DNA of 64,000 nucleotides, from assembly GCA_017461545.1 (NCBI GenBank), contig JAFTXP010000022.1:497-64496 (forward strand), read 5' to 3'. Positions within the stretch are counted from its first letter, which is position 1; every line of letters begins with the position of its first letter. The notes beneath the pieces are model-generated. The model did not search any database. It was given only the letters and a program-made list of their open reading frames with translations, and was not told where the DNA came from. Source of the stretch: Clostridia bacterium. GTDB taxonomy: Bacteria > Bacillota > Clostridia > UBA1212. Positions 1 to 7,772 of the stretch are shown in pieces. A program made the translations under genes and the position numbers.

Positions 1-2
1 GT

Positions 3-482
3 TATTTAGCATGGCCTGGTGAAATACATAGATATGTACAGAATATTTTATCGCTATACATTTGGTTATTTTTAGGCTGCTTTACATATTCTGATTATTT
101 TATACGGTTCAATAGGTATAAATACGGATTCGCCGATTTATATGCAAAACGATGGAAAGAAATTTGGGAAGTAAAACCAAATAAAAAATCATATAAAACC
201 TCGGGCCCGAAACAACTAAAGAAATATTTAGATGGAATTAGTGGTTCAAAAAAAGGACGAAATTTAGGAACTTTTAAAACATATTATCATAATTATTCCG
301 GATTTTATGAGGTTAAGATTTATAGTAATAGCAATGATGGCATGATTTATTATGATTACAACTACAGTTGGAAGGTTAATACTACAATTCTGTTAGCGGT
401 AACCTCTATTGCTTTGATAGCAACAGGAGCTGGTTCATCTGTGGGAGTACCGATGTTGTCGAGGTTATTATTACCTATGTAA
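3..482 (+). CDS. 3-prime end of an ORF entering from upstream of the window (about 159 codons); hypothetical protein with hydrophobic C-terminal tail
   Basis: This frame is open from position 3 to TAA at 480-482. It is absent from the ORF track because its start lies outside the window. It ends ...TTILLAVTSIALIATGAGSSVGVPMLSRLLLPM, and the next ORF follows immediately. Confidence 0.4.
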   Translation, partial: YLAWPGEIHRYVQNILSLYIWLFLGCFTYSDYFIRFNRYKYGFADLYAKRWKEIWEVKPNKKSYKTSGPKQLKKYLDGISGSKKGRNLGTFKTYYHNYSGFYEVKIYSNSNDGMIYYDYNYSWKVNTTILLAVTSIALIATGAGSSVGVPMLSRLLLPM

Positions 483-498
483 ATTCATGGAGGAATGT

Positions 499-1209
499 AT
501 GAAAAAAATGAAAACAGAATGTCTTCCGTCGGAAATTCATACTAAAGAACCGTCAAAGTCTTTTTTAAATGAGTTATCGTTGCAGGTGACTCCAAAAATC
601 CAACGTCTGATAGAAGATAAGGATATAAGTGATAATTTATTTAAAACAATACGTTTTGACTTAAGACCGGAATTTTACCTTGAACCAATTTTTAAATATC
701 ATAAGAACTATATGAAAGCTTATATTTCCGCATATTCAACCTCTTTGATACTATGTGAAATCATTATTTGTTGGAGAAGTAGCAATGGAACTCAAATATA
801 TCCTTGGGAGAATTTAGCGGGAGAAATTTCGTTTGATGTATGCATATCTGATTACAATCTTAAATGCTTAAATAAAGTCATTCCGATGATATATCATCCT
901 GTTATAAAGTCTGAAGACAGCGGTCTTCATTTTGATTATCAGATATTTTACGGTGGTCAGTATTTGAATTTATATTTCAAAGAAAATATCACTCCGACTG
1001 ACTTATCGGAAGTAGGAAAAATAATCAAGGAATTTTTTACGGAGTGGAATTGTTCTCATGACATAAAGTTGCATCATATCGAAATCGTAAAGTATACGAA
1101 AAATACGCTCAAAATTGAAATAGATTTGGGCGGTTGCGGAAAAGATATGATTGAAAATATTATTAAGAGAATGAATATTCCTAAAATAAAAAGAATAGTA
1201 TTTAAATAA
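499..1209 (+). CDS. hypothetical protein, candidate immunity/partner of the upstream ORF
   Basis: ORF 487..1209. GGAGG at 489-493 sits 5 nt before ATG 499 (MKKMKTECL...). No motif recognised. It is tightly coupled to the preceding ORF. Confidence 0.5.
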   Translation: MKKMKTECLPSEIHTKEPSKSFLNELSLQVTPKIQRLIEDKDISDNLFKTIRFDLRPEFYLEPIFKYHKNYMKAYISAYSTSLILCEIIICWRSSNGTQIYPWENLAGEISFDVCISDYNLKCLNKVIPMIYHPVIKSEDSGLHFDYQIFYGGQYLNLYFKENITPTDLSEVGKIIKEFFTEWNCSHDIKLHHIEIVKYTKNTLKIEIDLGGCGKDMIENIIKRMNIPKIKRIVFK

Positions 1210-1404
1210 TGAAAACATTCTTAATAATTAGGCATAATAAGAATGTTATTTATCTAAATTCTAATAAGAACGCATTAAACAATGGGATTTTTGCTTCGTT
1301 GAGTGATGCGTTCTTATTTATCGAATACTTTGTAAAATAACATTTATACAATTGTCAAATTACTTTCTAAAAGTTATAATCTAACCGAAAACTGAATACA
1401 TAAA

Positions 1405-1896
1405 TTGCCACCCCGATGCCACGCCGGCATCGTAACCACAACAACCGACGACCTTGGTAGAGTGATAGGCTCCATATTGCAAACCACAGGTGACTTCGCG
1501 CTTATGGAAAGCTACAGCTATGACAGTATCGGAAACATTACAAGAGTGACCGAAAACGGCGTACTCATGCTCAGCTATCAGTATGACGGACAGGGTCAGC
1601 TTGTGCGAGAGGACAATGCATACGCGAGTGCAATATATGAATTTACATATATTTATTTGTTTAGTTGTAAAGGTGGAGCAGGTAGTGAAGGAAACAATGT
1701 TGCATGGATGTTTGCAAAACTAAGTAGCGTTGGAGTGCAAGCATATACTGGAAGCGTTTCTTATTCGAAAGTATTTGGTAAATACTTTGCAAGAAAGGCA
1801 TTGGACAACGGGAAGATCAAACTATTTTATTATCAAAAACGATATATATTTTGGGGCAAATTGGTTGCCAAGAGTTCATCAACAAGTCAATGGTAG
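1405..1896 (+). pseudogene. orphan Rhs/WapA-type YD-repeat fragment fused to an unrelated C-terminal (toxin-like) tail; no credible start
   Basis: The translation contains DDLGRVIGS, YSYDSIGNITRV and YQYDGQGQLVRED (YD-repeat signature). Homology stops at about 1625 and switches to novel sequence. There is no RBS or ATG at the 5-prime end. Confidence 0.6.
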
Positions 1897-1901
1897 AGAG
1901 G

Positions 1902-2324
1902 ATGTTTTTTACAGTGAAAAAATTTACCTTGTTTATTAATATATTGGTCATAGTAATGATTGTTGTTTGTATAATAGGAGCTTGCTCGATAACTAATAAG
2001 ATAAATATGGATTTTGTAAAGGATGCTAAGGTTATTTTTATATATAATGATGCCAATGTATCTCATAATTTATCTGACGAAGAATTGTTGATAATAAAAG
2101 ATATTTTTAATGGTAAAAAAATGTATAAAGACAATCTTTCATGTGGTTTCAGTGAAGATATATCTATTAAATTTAATAACTCACAAACTTTCTGTGTTGC
2201 TCGTGATTCTTGTCCCATAGTATATTGGAAGGAAGAAGATCGATTCATTAAGATTACTGAGGATGAAAAGTTTAAATTATATTCGGTGTTAGAAATGCAT
2301 GGATTTACATTTCCTTGTGTATGA
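1902..2324 (+). CDS. membrane-anchored hypothetical protein (candidate immunity for the 1405-1896 cassette)
   Basis: AGAGAGG lies before ATG 1902. The N-terminal signal anchor is MFFTVKKFTLFINILVIVMIVVCIIGACS. It starts 6 nt after the cassette stop. Confidence 0.5.
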   Translation: MFFTVKKFTLFINILVIVMIVVCIIGACSITNKINMDFVKDAKVIFIYNDANVSHNLSDEELLIIKDIFNGKKMYKDNLSCGFSEDISIKFNNSQTFCVARDSCPIVYWKEEDRFIKITEDEKFKLYSVLEMHGFTFPCV

Positions 2325-2331
2325 AGGAGAT

Positions 2332-2369
2332 AGAAATCAAGCAGGAAAATTATGTCCTGCTTGATTTCT
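2332..2369 (+). terminator. 15-bp perfect hairpin after the cassette
   Basis: agaaatcaagcagga (2332-2346) pairs with tcctgcttgatttct (2355-2369) around an 8-nt loop. There is no strong T-run. Confidence 0.45.
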
Positions 2370-2448
2370 GGACGGTGTAAAATAAATATTGTTTTTTGAA
2401 AGATAAATAGAAATGGAGACTAACACCCAGTATAATAAATGTGCCTAA

Positions 2449-2673
2449 AACAATTCACTTGTACTTTCCGAAATCAACCGAGAGGGAAGCTCCGAAACAG
2501 GCAGAATTCTTTCGGAAAATTTGAACACCTATGACGCAGACGGAAACCTCATAAAGGTTGAAACATATAAAAAATATGTTTATAAAATTAAAACTAGATG
2601 GGTTAAGATAGGATATTGGTATAAATATCAAGTGATAAGAATTTGGAATGTAAGCAGGAGGGTGTCTACGTGA
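2449..2673 (+). pseudogene. second orphan YD-repeat fragment with short novel C-terminal tail; no start codon
   Basis: The frame is open from 2449 to TGA 2671-2673. It reads ...LSEINREGSSETGRILSENLNTYDADGNLIKVETY, then KKYVYKIKTRWVKIGYWYKYQVIRIWNVSRRVST. Confidence 0.55.
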
Positions 2674-2840
2674 TAATTAGCTATAGTTGGATAATTATGT
2701 CGGTATTATTCTTTTTTGGTATAATAGCAAATGTTACAAGGCTATTTTTTGTAGAAAAAGATTTCTCATGGAGTAGCATTTTTGTTGTTGCGCTTTTTAT
2801 AGTACTGTTTGTTGTATCATTGATATTGGCTTTAAAATAG
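2670..2840 (+). CDS. 56-aa two-TM protein (candidate immunity)
   Basis: GGAGGG at 2657-2662 precedes GTG 2670, which overlaps the cassette stop (GTGA). The protein is hydrophobic: IISYSWIIMSVLFFFGIIANV...FVVALFIVLFVVSLILALK. Confidence 0.45.
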   Translation: MIISYSWIIMSVLFFFGIIANVTRLFFVEKDFSWSSIFVVALFIVLFVVSLILALK

Positions 2841-2988
2841 TATTTGGTACGGCTATCGTTTGATGATACAATCTTTCCAGGTTATCTGTCTTGTCACGGT
2901 AAATGGTAATTTTTCAAAATATGGATGGGCTAAGTTTTTTACTTCTATCGGAATTATGACCGGAATTGAAAAGTTCTATATCTACTGA
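2836..2988 (+). pseudogene. toxin-tail stub, copy A (...VNGNFSKYGWAKFFTSIGIMTGIEKFYIY*)
   Basis: A short open frame without a convincing start. It is homologous to stub 4944-5138 and sits directly upstream of a paralogous lipoprotein gene. Confidence 0.45.
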
Positions 2989-3470
2989 ATGTTATAGGAG
3001 GATTTCATGAAAAAAATACGTGTAGTTTGTCTACTTTTTATTACTGTGATATTGTGCAGTTGTTCATCGAATCAACACTTTGTATATGAGGAAATGTACA
3101 ATTATATGTGGGTACCGGATAGAGCTTCAGATTATTATTACAAAATTGAAAATTTTACAGATGGTGTTTATGTTTGGGGATTTGATTTGAAAGAGGATGA
3201 AGTTTCGGAATTAGAAGCATCTGAAAAATTCAACGTGTTATCGAAAGAAGATGTAAAAAATATTGAATTTAATGTTTTTCACGAAGGAATACCGGAGTGG
3301 TGGGGTTTAAGCCCAAACAGTGTGTTTTACATGTATGCACCATACAAAAATGAAGAAAGCACAGATACTTCGCTTTTGGGTAGTACATATTACATATACA
3401 TTTGGGATATAGATGCTAATGAATATTTTTGCATATATAAGTATTAAGAATATTCTTTTCATTGTCTAGA
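2898..3470 (+). repeat. duplicated module copy A (toxin tail + lipoprotein gene + about 20 nt past the stop)
   Basis: Similarity to 5036-5607 starts at ggtaaatggtaatttttcaaaatatggatgggct and ends at ttaagaatattctttt after the stop. Confidence 0.8.
3007..3447 (+). CDS. lipoprotein, paralog A (candidate immunity)
   Basis: AGGAGG RBS and lipobox LCSCS. About 62% identical (hand count 82/132, mature region) to the 5141..5584 product. Shared block EGIPEWWGLS..VFYMYAPY...YYIYIWD. Confidence 0.7.
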   Translation: MKKIRVVCLLFITVILCSCSSNQHFVYEEMYNYMWVPDRASDYYYKIENFTDGVYVWGFDLKEDEVSELEASEKFNVLSKEDVKNIEFNVFHEGIPEWWGLSPNSVFYMYAPYKNEESTDTSLLGSTYYIYIWDIDANEYFCIYKY

Positions 3471-3519
3471 ATAAATGGTGTAGTTTCGATTACATTGTTT
3501 ATGTCCAATAATGTAAAAG

Positions 3520-3729
3520 TTGAATACAGAAATTATCGCTCCAAATCCAAGCAGGTATCGTAACAACCGCAACAACCGCGAACTCGGCAGAGTAATCAGA
3601 AGTTTTGTGAGACACTGTGAAACCGAGCGAAAGCGAAGGCTGAACGGCAATGACGAACATATGCAGGGAGCGAATGAATCGAACAAAAGATTGATTATTT
3701 ATGCTTTAATATGGAGTGTGCAAATATGA
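3520..3729 (+). pseudogene. degenerate, frameshifted YD-repeat remnant
   Basis: ggtatcgtaacaaccgcaacaacc (GIVTTATT) matches 1432-1455 (GIVTTTT). The following ELGRVIRS lies in another frame, so the tracked 69-aa ORF is a remnant frame. Confidence 0.4.
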
Positions 3730-4214
3730 GAAGGATATATATTGTTTTTGTCATGGTTATTGTTTTTACAACAAGCGGTTGTACAATGAACACTTACAGG
3801 ACTTCAGAAATATCTGAATACGGAAGCTATAAAAGTACTATTATATATGACTATTTAGAATCGTTTCCTGATAAAGAAGTTGTGAATAAATCCATAAACT
3901 GCAATTATGAATATCGATACAGAGGAACGTTATTCTATGATGACCAGTGTATTTATATATGGTGTGAGTATTCGGAAGAAGATTATATATCAGAAATTGA
4001 ACGATTAAATATATCGCATGGTGAATATGATACAGTGTTGTTTGATTTGCCCGCATATGTATTTATATATGACGATATTTGTTATGAGTATGCAATAATC
4101 GACGATGAAAACAGGACGATTCACTACATTTATATACAATATTTGACTGATTTGTGTGAGGATGCCGGTATTCCTTATTTGCCACAAAAGAGTGCTGATA
4201 TATATGTGTACTGA
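3726..4214 (+). CDS. lipoprotein, hypothetical (candidate immunity)
   Basis: MRRIYIVFVMVIVFTTSGC lipobox. It follows the YD remnant. Confidence 0.55.
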   Translation: MRRIYIVFVMVIVFTTSGCTMNTYRTSEISEYGSYKSTIIYDYLESFPDKEVVNKSINCNYEYRYRGTLFYDDQCIYIWCEYSEEDYISEIERLNISHGEYDTVLFDLPAYVFIYDDICYEYAIIDDENRTIHYIYIQYLTDLCEDAGIPYLPQKSADIYVY

Positions 4215-4294
4215 AGCCGGGAAATATGAGAAAGGATTCAGTATCTATTATAAAACGATAGTATCGGTAAATTTAGTGTTTAAGGAATAAGACA

Positions 4295-4322
4295 GTCGGA
4301 GAGAAATTCAATTCTCTCCGAC
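4295..4322 (+). terminator. rho-independent terminator
   Basis: gtcggagagaa / ttctctccgac form an 11-bp stem with a 6-nt loop. A T-rich tract follows shortly after. Confidence 0.55.
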
Positions 4323-4437
4323 CGGTTCCTTTTACAATGATTGAAAAAAAGCTTTTCCGTAGGTATAATGTAAATAACAAATTGAACGTGAAGAGTATGT
4401 TTAATCAAACTTATATGAAAACTGCGAGGTCAAAATT

Positions 4438-4983
4438 ATGGATGAAAGAGTAGTTTCAAGAAAGTGCAATTATGTTATAAAACGTATACTTATTGTTGCC
4501 GGGGTGATTACTTGCCTGATAATTATAACTGTAGGCATTCACAATATATTCTTTTTGACTCCGAATGAGTTGCGTGATATGAGCGGTGAATACGTTTGTA
4601 GGATGGACGAATGTGTTATCAATGTGAATTTTTCTGAAGAAAAATATGGAGGAGATAGTGCATATCCATTAATCAATGGAACAGTCACTTTTTCGGACGG
4701 CAAAAGCTATGAAGCTTATGTTTCCGTTATGAACGGCGGTTGTGTTTACTATTATGATGAGCCTATAATTGCTGCACCTGATAGGCTTAATATAACAGAT
4801 GAAACCGAGTTTGAAAAGCAACTTGCAGAATATGATTTGTGGGTGAGCAAGCACTGCATTACACTTGCAGAAGATCGTGGCGGAAAATCTATATACGGCA
4901 CTGTAAGTAGGGCAAAAGGTGATGGCTTTTACATTGATGATGAGTTATCTGGCAGAAAGTATATTTTCACCGCGAAAAAGTAA
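4438..4983 (+). CDS. membrane-anchored hypothetical protein
   Basis: 181-aa ORF with one N-terminal TM (ILIVAGVITCLIIITVGI). No recognisable motif. Confidence 0.5.
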   Translation: MDERVVSRKCNYVIKRILIVAGVITCLIIITVGIHNIFFLTPNELRDMSGEYVCRMDECVINVNFSEEKYGGDSAYPLINGTVTFSDGKSYEAYVSVMNGGCVYYYDEPIIAAPDRLNITDETEFEKQLAEYDLWVSKHCITLAEDRGGKSIYGTVSRAKGDGFYIDDELSGRKYIFTAKK

Positions 4984-5138
4984 TTAGAGATACTATCAAA
5001 AATGGAAATGCATCTTTTTTGAGCTTACCTGCTTGGGTAAATGGTAATTTTTCAAAATATGGATGGGCTCATTTTTTTACTTCAGTAGGTGTGTTAAATG
5101 GCTGTTTTTGTATTGATGTGCCTTATCGAAGGAGTTAG
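4944..5138 (+). pseudogene. toxin-tail stub, copy B (...WVNGNFSKYGWAHFFTSVGVLNGCFCIDVPYRRS*)
   Basis: The frame is open from 4944 to TAG 5136-5138 and has no start codon. It is homologous to 2836-2988. Confidence 0.45.
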
Positions 5139-5607
5139 GTATGAAAAGATTTCTTAAAGTAGTAATTATTATTCTTGTTCCGATTCTGCTATGTAGTTGT
5201 TCGCTGAGTGAACGATATGCACATGAAGATATCCGTAAATACATGTGGATTCCGGAACGGACGTGTGATGATTTTTACAAAATCAATAGTTTTACAGATG
5301 GCGTTTGTGTTTGGAGATTTGAACTGAAAAAGAAAGATATTGAAGAATTGGAAAAGTCAGATAAATTTAGGGATTTATCTGACGAGGATATTCAGAATAT
5401 TGAATATAATGTTTTTTATGAAGGAATACCGGAGTGGTGGGGATTAAGTGAAAACAGAGTATTTTATATGTATGCACCGTACATAGATAAAGAATGTACG
5501 GATACTTCTTTTTTGGGTAGCAGATATTACATATATATTTGGGATATGGATGCTAATACATACTTTTGTGTAGATTGGTATTAAGAATATTCTTTTATTG
5601 GCTACAA
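5036..5607 (+). repeat. duplicated module copy B
   Basis: See copy A. The offset between copies is about 2134-2138 nt. Confidence 0.8.
5141..5584 (+). CDS. lipoprotein, paralog B (candidate immunity)
   Basis: AAGGAG RBS and lipobox LCSCS. Paralog of 3007..3447. Confidence 0.7.
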   Translation: MKRFLKVVIIILVPILLCSCSLSERYAHEDIRKYMWIPERTCDDFYKINSFTDGVCVWRFELKKKDIEELEKSDKFRDLSDEDIQNIEYNVFYEGIPEWWGLSENRVFYMYAPYIDKECTDTSFLGSRYYIYIWDMDANTYFCVDWY

Positions 5608-5738
5608 TAAATGAGGTTACAGCAGTAAAGGTCCGGTCGGTTATTGACAAGATTAATATGCGAGTAAAAACACAGGATGTTATTGACTTAGTTATGAACC
5701 GATACAAAGCAGTAAAATAGAGTATGTGAAACAACACA

Positions 5739-5769
5739 GCGCCCCGTGGATTTGTTATCCGCGGGGCGT
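5739..5769 (-). terminator. GC-rich hairpin downstream of acpS
   Basis: gcgccccgtgga / tccgcggggcgt form a 12-bp stem (two G-U pairs) with a 7-nt loop. Confidence 0.55.
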
Positions 5770-5786
5770 TATAATATCATAAATTC

Positions 5787-6170
5787 TCAATTTTTGCTCA
5801 ATATCACAACCGTTGCAACAGCAGTATCCTTTATGTGTGAGAGACTCAGATCGATCGATTCGATTTCCAGTTTCTCGGCTGCGGCAAGTGCCTTGCCGTG
5901 AAGCAGCAGATATGGCTTTCCGATTTCGTCCTTTGCGACTTCAATCATGTTAAGCATGATGCCCTCGGAGAAGCCTTTGCCGATAGCTTTTACAAAAGCC
6001 TCTTTTGCGGCAAAACGTGCCGCAAATCTTTCGAAACTGTTTACTGCTGAAACGCAGTATGCGGCTTCTGATTTCGTATAGACTTTTTCGATAAAATGAG
6101 TACCGGAATTTGCAATGCTGTTTTTTATTCTTGCAACCTCCACTATGTCAATGCCTGTATGAATAACCAT
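5787..6170 (-). CDS. acpS: holo-[acyl-carrier-protein] synthase
   Basis: GIDIVEVARI N-terminus and FAAKEAFVKA motif. ATG at 6170 is preferred over the tracked TTG at 6185. Confidence 0.85.
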   Translation of the reverse strand: MVIHTGIDIVEVARIKNSIANSGTHFIEKVYTKSEAAYCVSAVNSFERFAARFAAKEAFVKAIGKGFSEGIMLNMIEVAKDEIGKPYLLLHGKALAAAEKLEIESIDLSLSHIKDTAVATVVILSKN

Positions 6171-6245
6171 ATAAAACCCCGTCAAATGTATTCTTTGTAA
6201 AAAGTTTAGATTATTTATACGGGGTTGTCAAGACCCGCCGTATTG

Positions 6246-6965
6246 CTATTGTGCTGCGTCAAGTGTCTGTTTGTCATATCCGGCAGCTTGCTCTAAGCGA
6301 AGAATATCAGCTGCGCGGAGTGCGGCTCTGTCTTTCTTTGCGGCATAATCGAGTCTGTTGTAACGAAGACCGCTGTTTTCGGAGTTGAGCTGTTCTGTTG
6401 CAATGATTCGGGCGCACCGTGTATTCAATGAGCTTTTAAGCTTGTCGATTCGCTCTTTGATAGCGCCGCCCGATGCGGTTTCGTAAGAGTTTCCTATCTT
6501 CTGAATTTGCTCGCGGAGAACAACAAGCTTTGTCTGTGAACGCATTGTCTGAAGTTCGTAGAGCTTCATATTCATTTCATTCTCAAATTGCTTGAAATCG
6601 TCTCTGATTCTGATTGCCTCATTGACTGCGGCGTCATACAGCTGTTTTCGTTCATCGTAAAGATTTTCAAATTCTTCTTCACGCATAAGGAGTTCGACAA
6701 GAAGCTCTTTGTTGTTTTCTTTTACTGCAATCTGAATTTTCCGACGTGTGTCAGCAAGTTTTTTTTCGGCTTCCCTCATGTCGATTTTGACGGTTTCAGC
6801 CCATGTCTGAACTTCAACAAGCTGTTTCTGAGCTTCTTTTTTGCATTTCTTTATGCGGCTTTCCGTGTCTGCAATTAAGTATTCCGGATTTCTGTCCTCG
6901 GCTTTTGTTGTGAAGGATTCAAAAAAACCGTTTAAAACCGATTTTAACCTTTTAAATATTCCCAA
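6246..6965 (-). CDS. pspA: PspA/IM30 family protein
   Basis: GIFKRLK...KAEDRNPEYL N-terminus followed by long coiled-coil-like sequence. GGTGGTG lies before TTG 6965. Confidence 0.75.
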   Translation of the reverse strand: MGIFKRLKSVLNGFFESFTTKAEDRNPEYLIADTESRIKKCKKEAQKQLVEVQTWAETVKIDMREAEKKLADTRRKIQIAVKENNKELLVELLMREEEFENLYDERKQLYDAAVNEAIRIRDDFKQFENEMNMKLYELQTMRSQTKLVVLREQIQKIGNSYETASGGAIKERIDKLKSSLNTRCARIIATEQLNSENSGLRYNRLDYAAKKDRAALRAADILRLEQAAGYDKQTLDAAQ

Positions 6966-7065
6966 GATTAACACCACCGTGGTAAGACTATGTTTTATAG
7001 TATTCTGTTACTCAGCCTGGTATGCCATCTCTGCAAGTCCGTTTTTTAGTGAAGTTTCATAACTG

Positions 7066-7320
7066 TCAGTTGGTTATATTGATTTCCTTTGCCCTGCGTA
7101 TAAGTGAATTGTATTTAACCTCAAACGCCTTAATCATATAGGCATAGTAAGAAATCATATCTTTGTCAGACGCGTCGTTAAAGTGCAGATTGGCAAGCTC
7201 AATCTGTTCCTTGGTTTCTCTGATTTCTCTGCGAAGATAATCTTCCTCACATTCAACCGGTTTTGTAAATTTCTTTTCGATACCGGTTTTTACCGTCGTT
7301 ATAATTTCTTTAACTTTCAT
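7066..7320 (-). CDS. DUF2508 (YaaL) family protein
   Basis: MKVKEI...LHFNDASDKDMISYYAYMIKAFEVKYNSLIRRAK. The internal ATG at 7320 is preferred. Confidence 0.7.
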   Translation of the reverse strand: MKVKEIITTVKTGIEKKFTKPVECEEDYLRREIRETKEQIELANLHFNDASDKDMISYYAYMIKAFEVKYNSLIRRAKEINITN

Positions 7321-7409
7321 ATAATCACTCCCGTGAAATATTTCTATATAAAGTATTACCTTTACACTGAAAAAGTTATTCATAAAACAGATAACTTATT
7401 ACTAATTGT

Positions 7410-7438
7410 TTGACTTAAAAGCTCTTGTGTGATAGTAT
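7410..7438 (+). promoter_or_regulatory. sigma-A type promoter for the SCIFF gene
   Basis: TTGACT (7410-7415), 17-nt spacer, TAGTAT (7433-7438). Confidence 0.45.
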
Positions 7439-7476
7439 GTTCACATAATTTTGAATTATCTTGGAGGTTGATGGAT

Positions 7477-7626
7477 ATGAAACACATCAAAACTTTAGAA
7501 ACACGTGATTTGTGCAAGAGTGCAAAAAACGGCGGTTGCGGCGAGTGCCAGACTTCCTGCCAGTCAGCTTGCAAGACCAGCTGCGGCGTTGCTAACCAGG
7601 CATGCGAAAATGCTAAGGCGAAGTAA
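7477..7626 (+). CDS. scfA: SCIFF (six cysteines in forty-five residues) ranthipeptide precursor
   Basis: MKHIKTLETRDLCKSAKNGGCGECQTSCQSACKTSCGVANQACENAKAK. GGAGG lies 9 nt upstream of ATG 7477. It is adjacent to its maturase. Confidence 0.9.
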   Translation: MKHIKTLETRDLCKSAKNGGCGECQTSCQSACKTSCGVANQACENAKAK

Positions 7627-7647
7627 TTAATCACTATATTGTTATGA

Positions 7648-7680
7648 AATGCCGCCTTTTTTCAAAAAGGCGGCATTTTT
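7648..7680 (+). terminator. hairpin + T-run between precursor and maturase (probable partial terminator)
   Basis: aaatgccgcctttt / aaaaggcggcattt with a 4-nt loop, followed by ttttt. Confidence 0.7.
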
Positions 7681-7772
7681 ACTGTTGAAACTTTCAGACA
7701 GAAATGCTTTGAAACAAAAACTCCGGGCGTATTTCGCCCTAATATACAATCATACCGCAAGGGGAATAAACA

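Noticed and set aside
1730-2056. Overlapping 69-aa and 79-aa ORFs around the first cassette/immunity junction
   Set aside because: These are alternative frames of the cassette tail and of the 1902..2324 gene, with no independent signals.
5444-5737. 97-aa minus-strand ORF
   Set aside because: It is antisense to lipoprotein paralog B and its downstream spacer.
7380-7634. 84-aa minus-strand ORF covering the SCIFF locus
   Set aside because: It is a shadow of the SCIFF gene and its promoter. The plus-strand peptide matches a known family and has an RBS.
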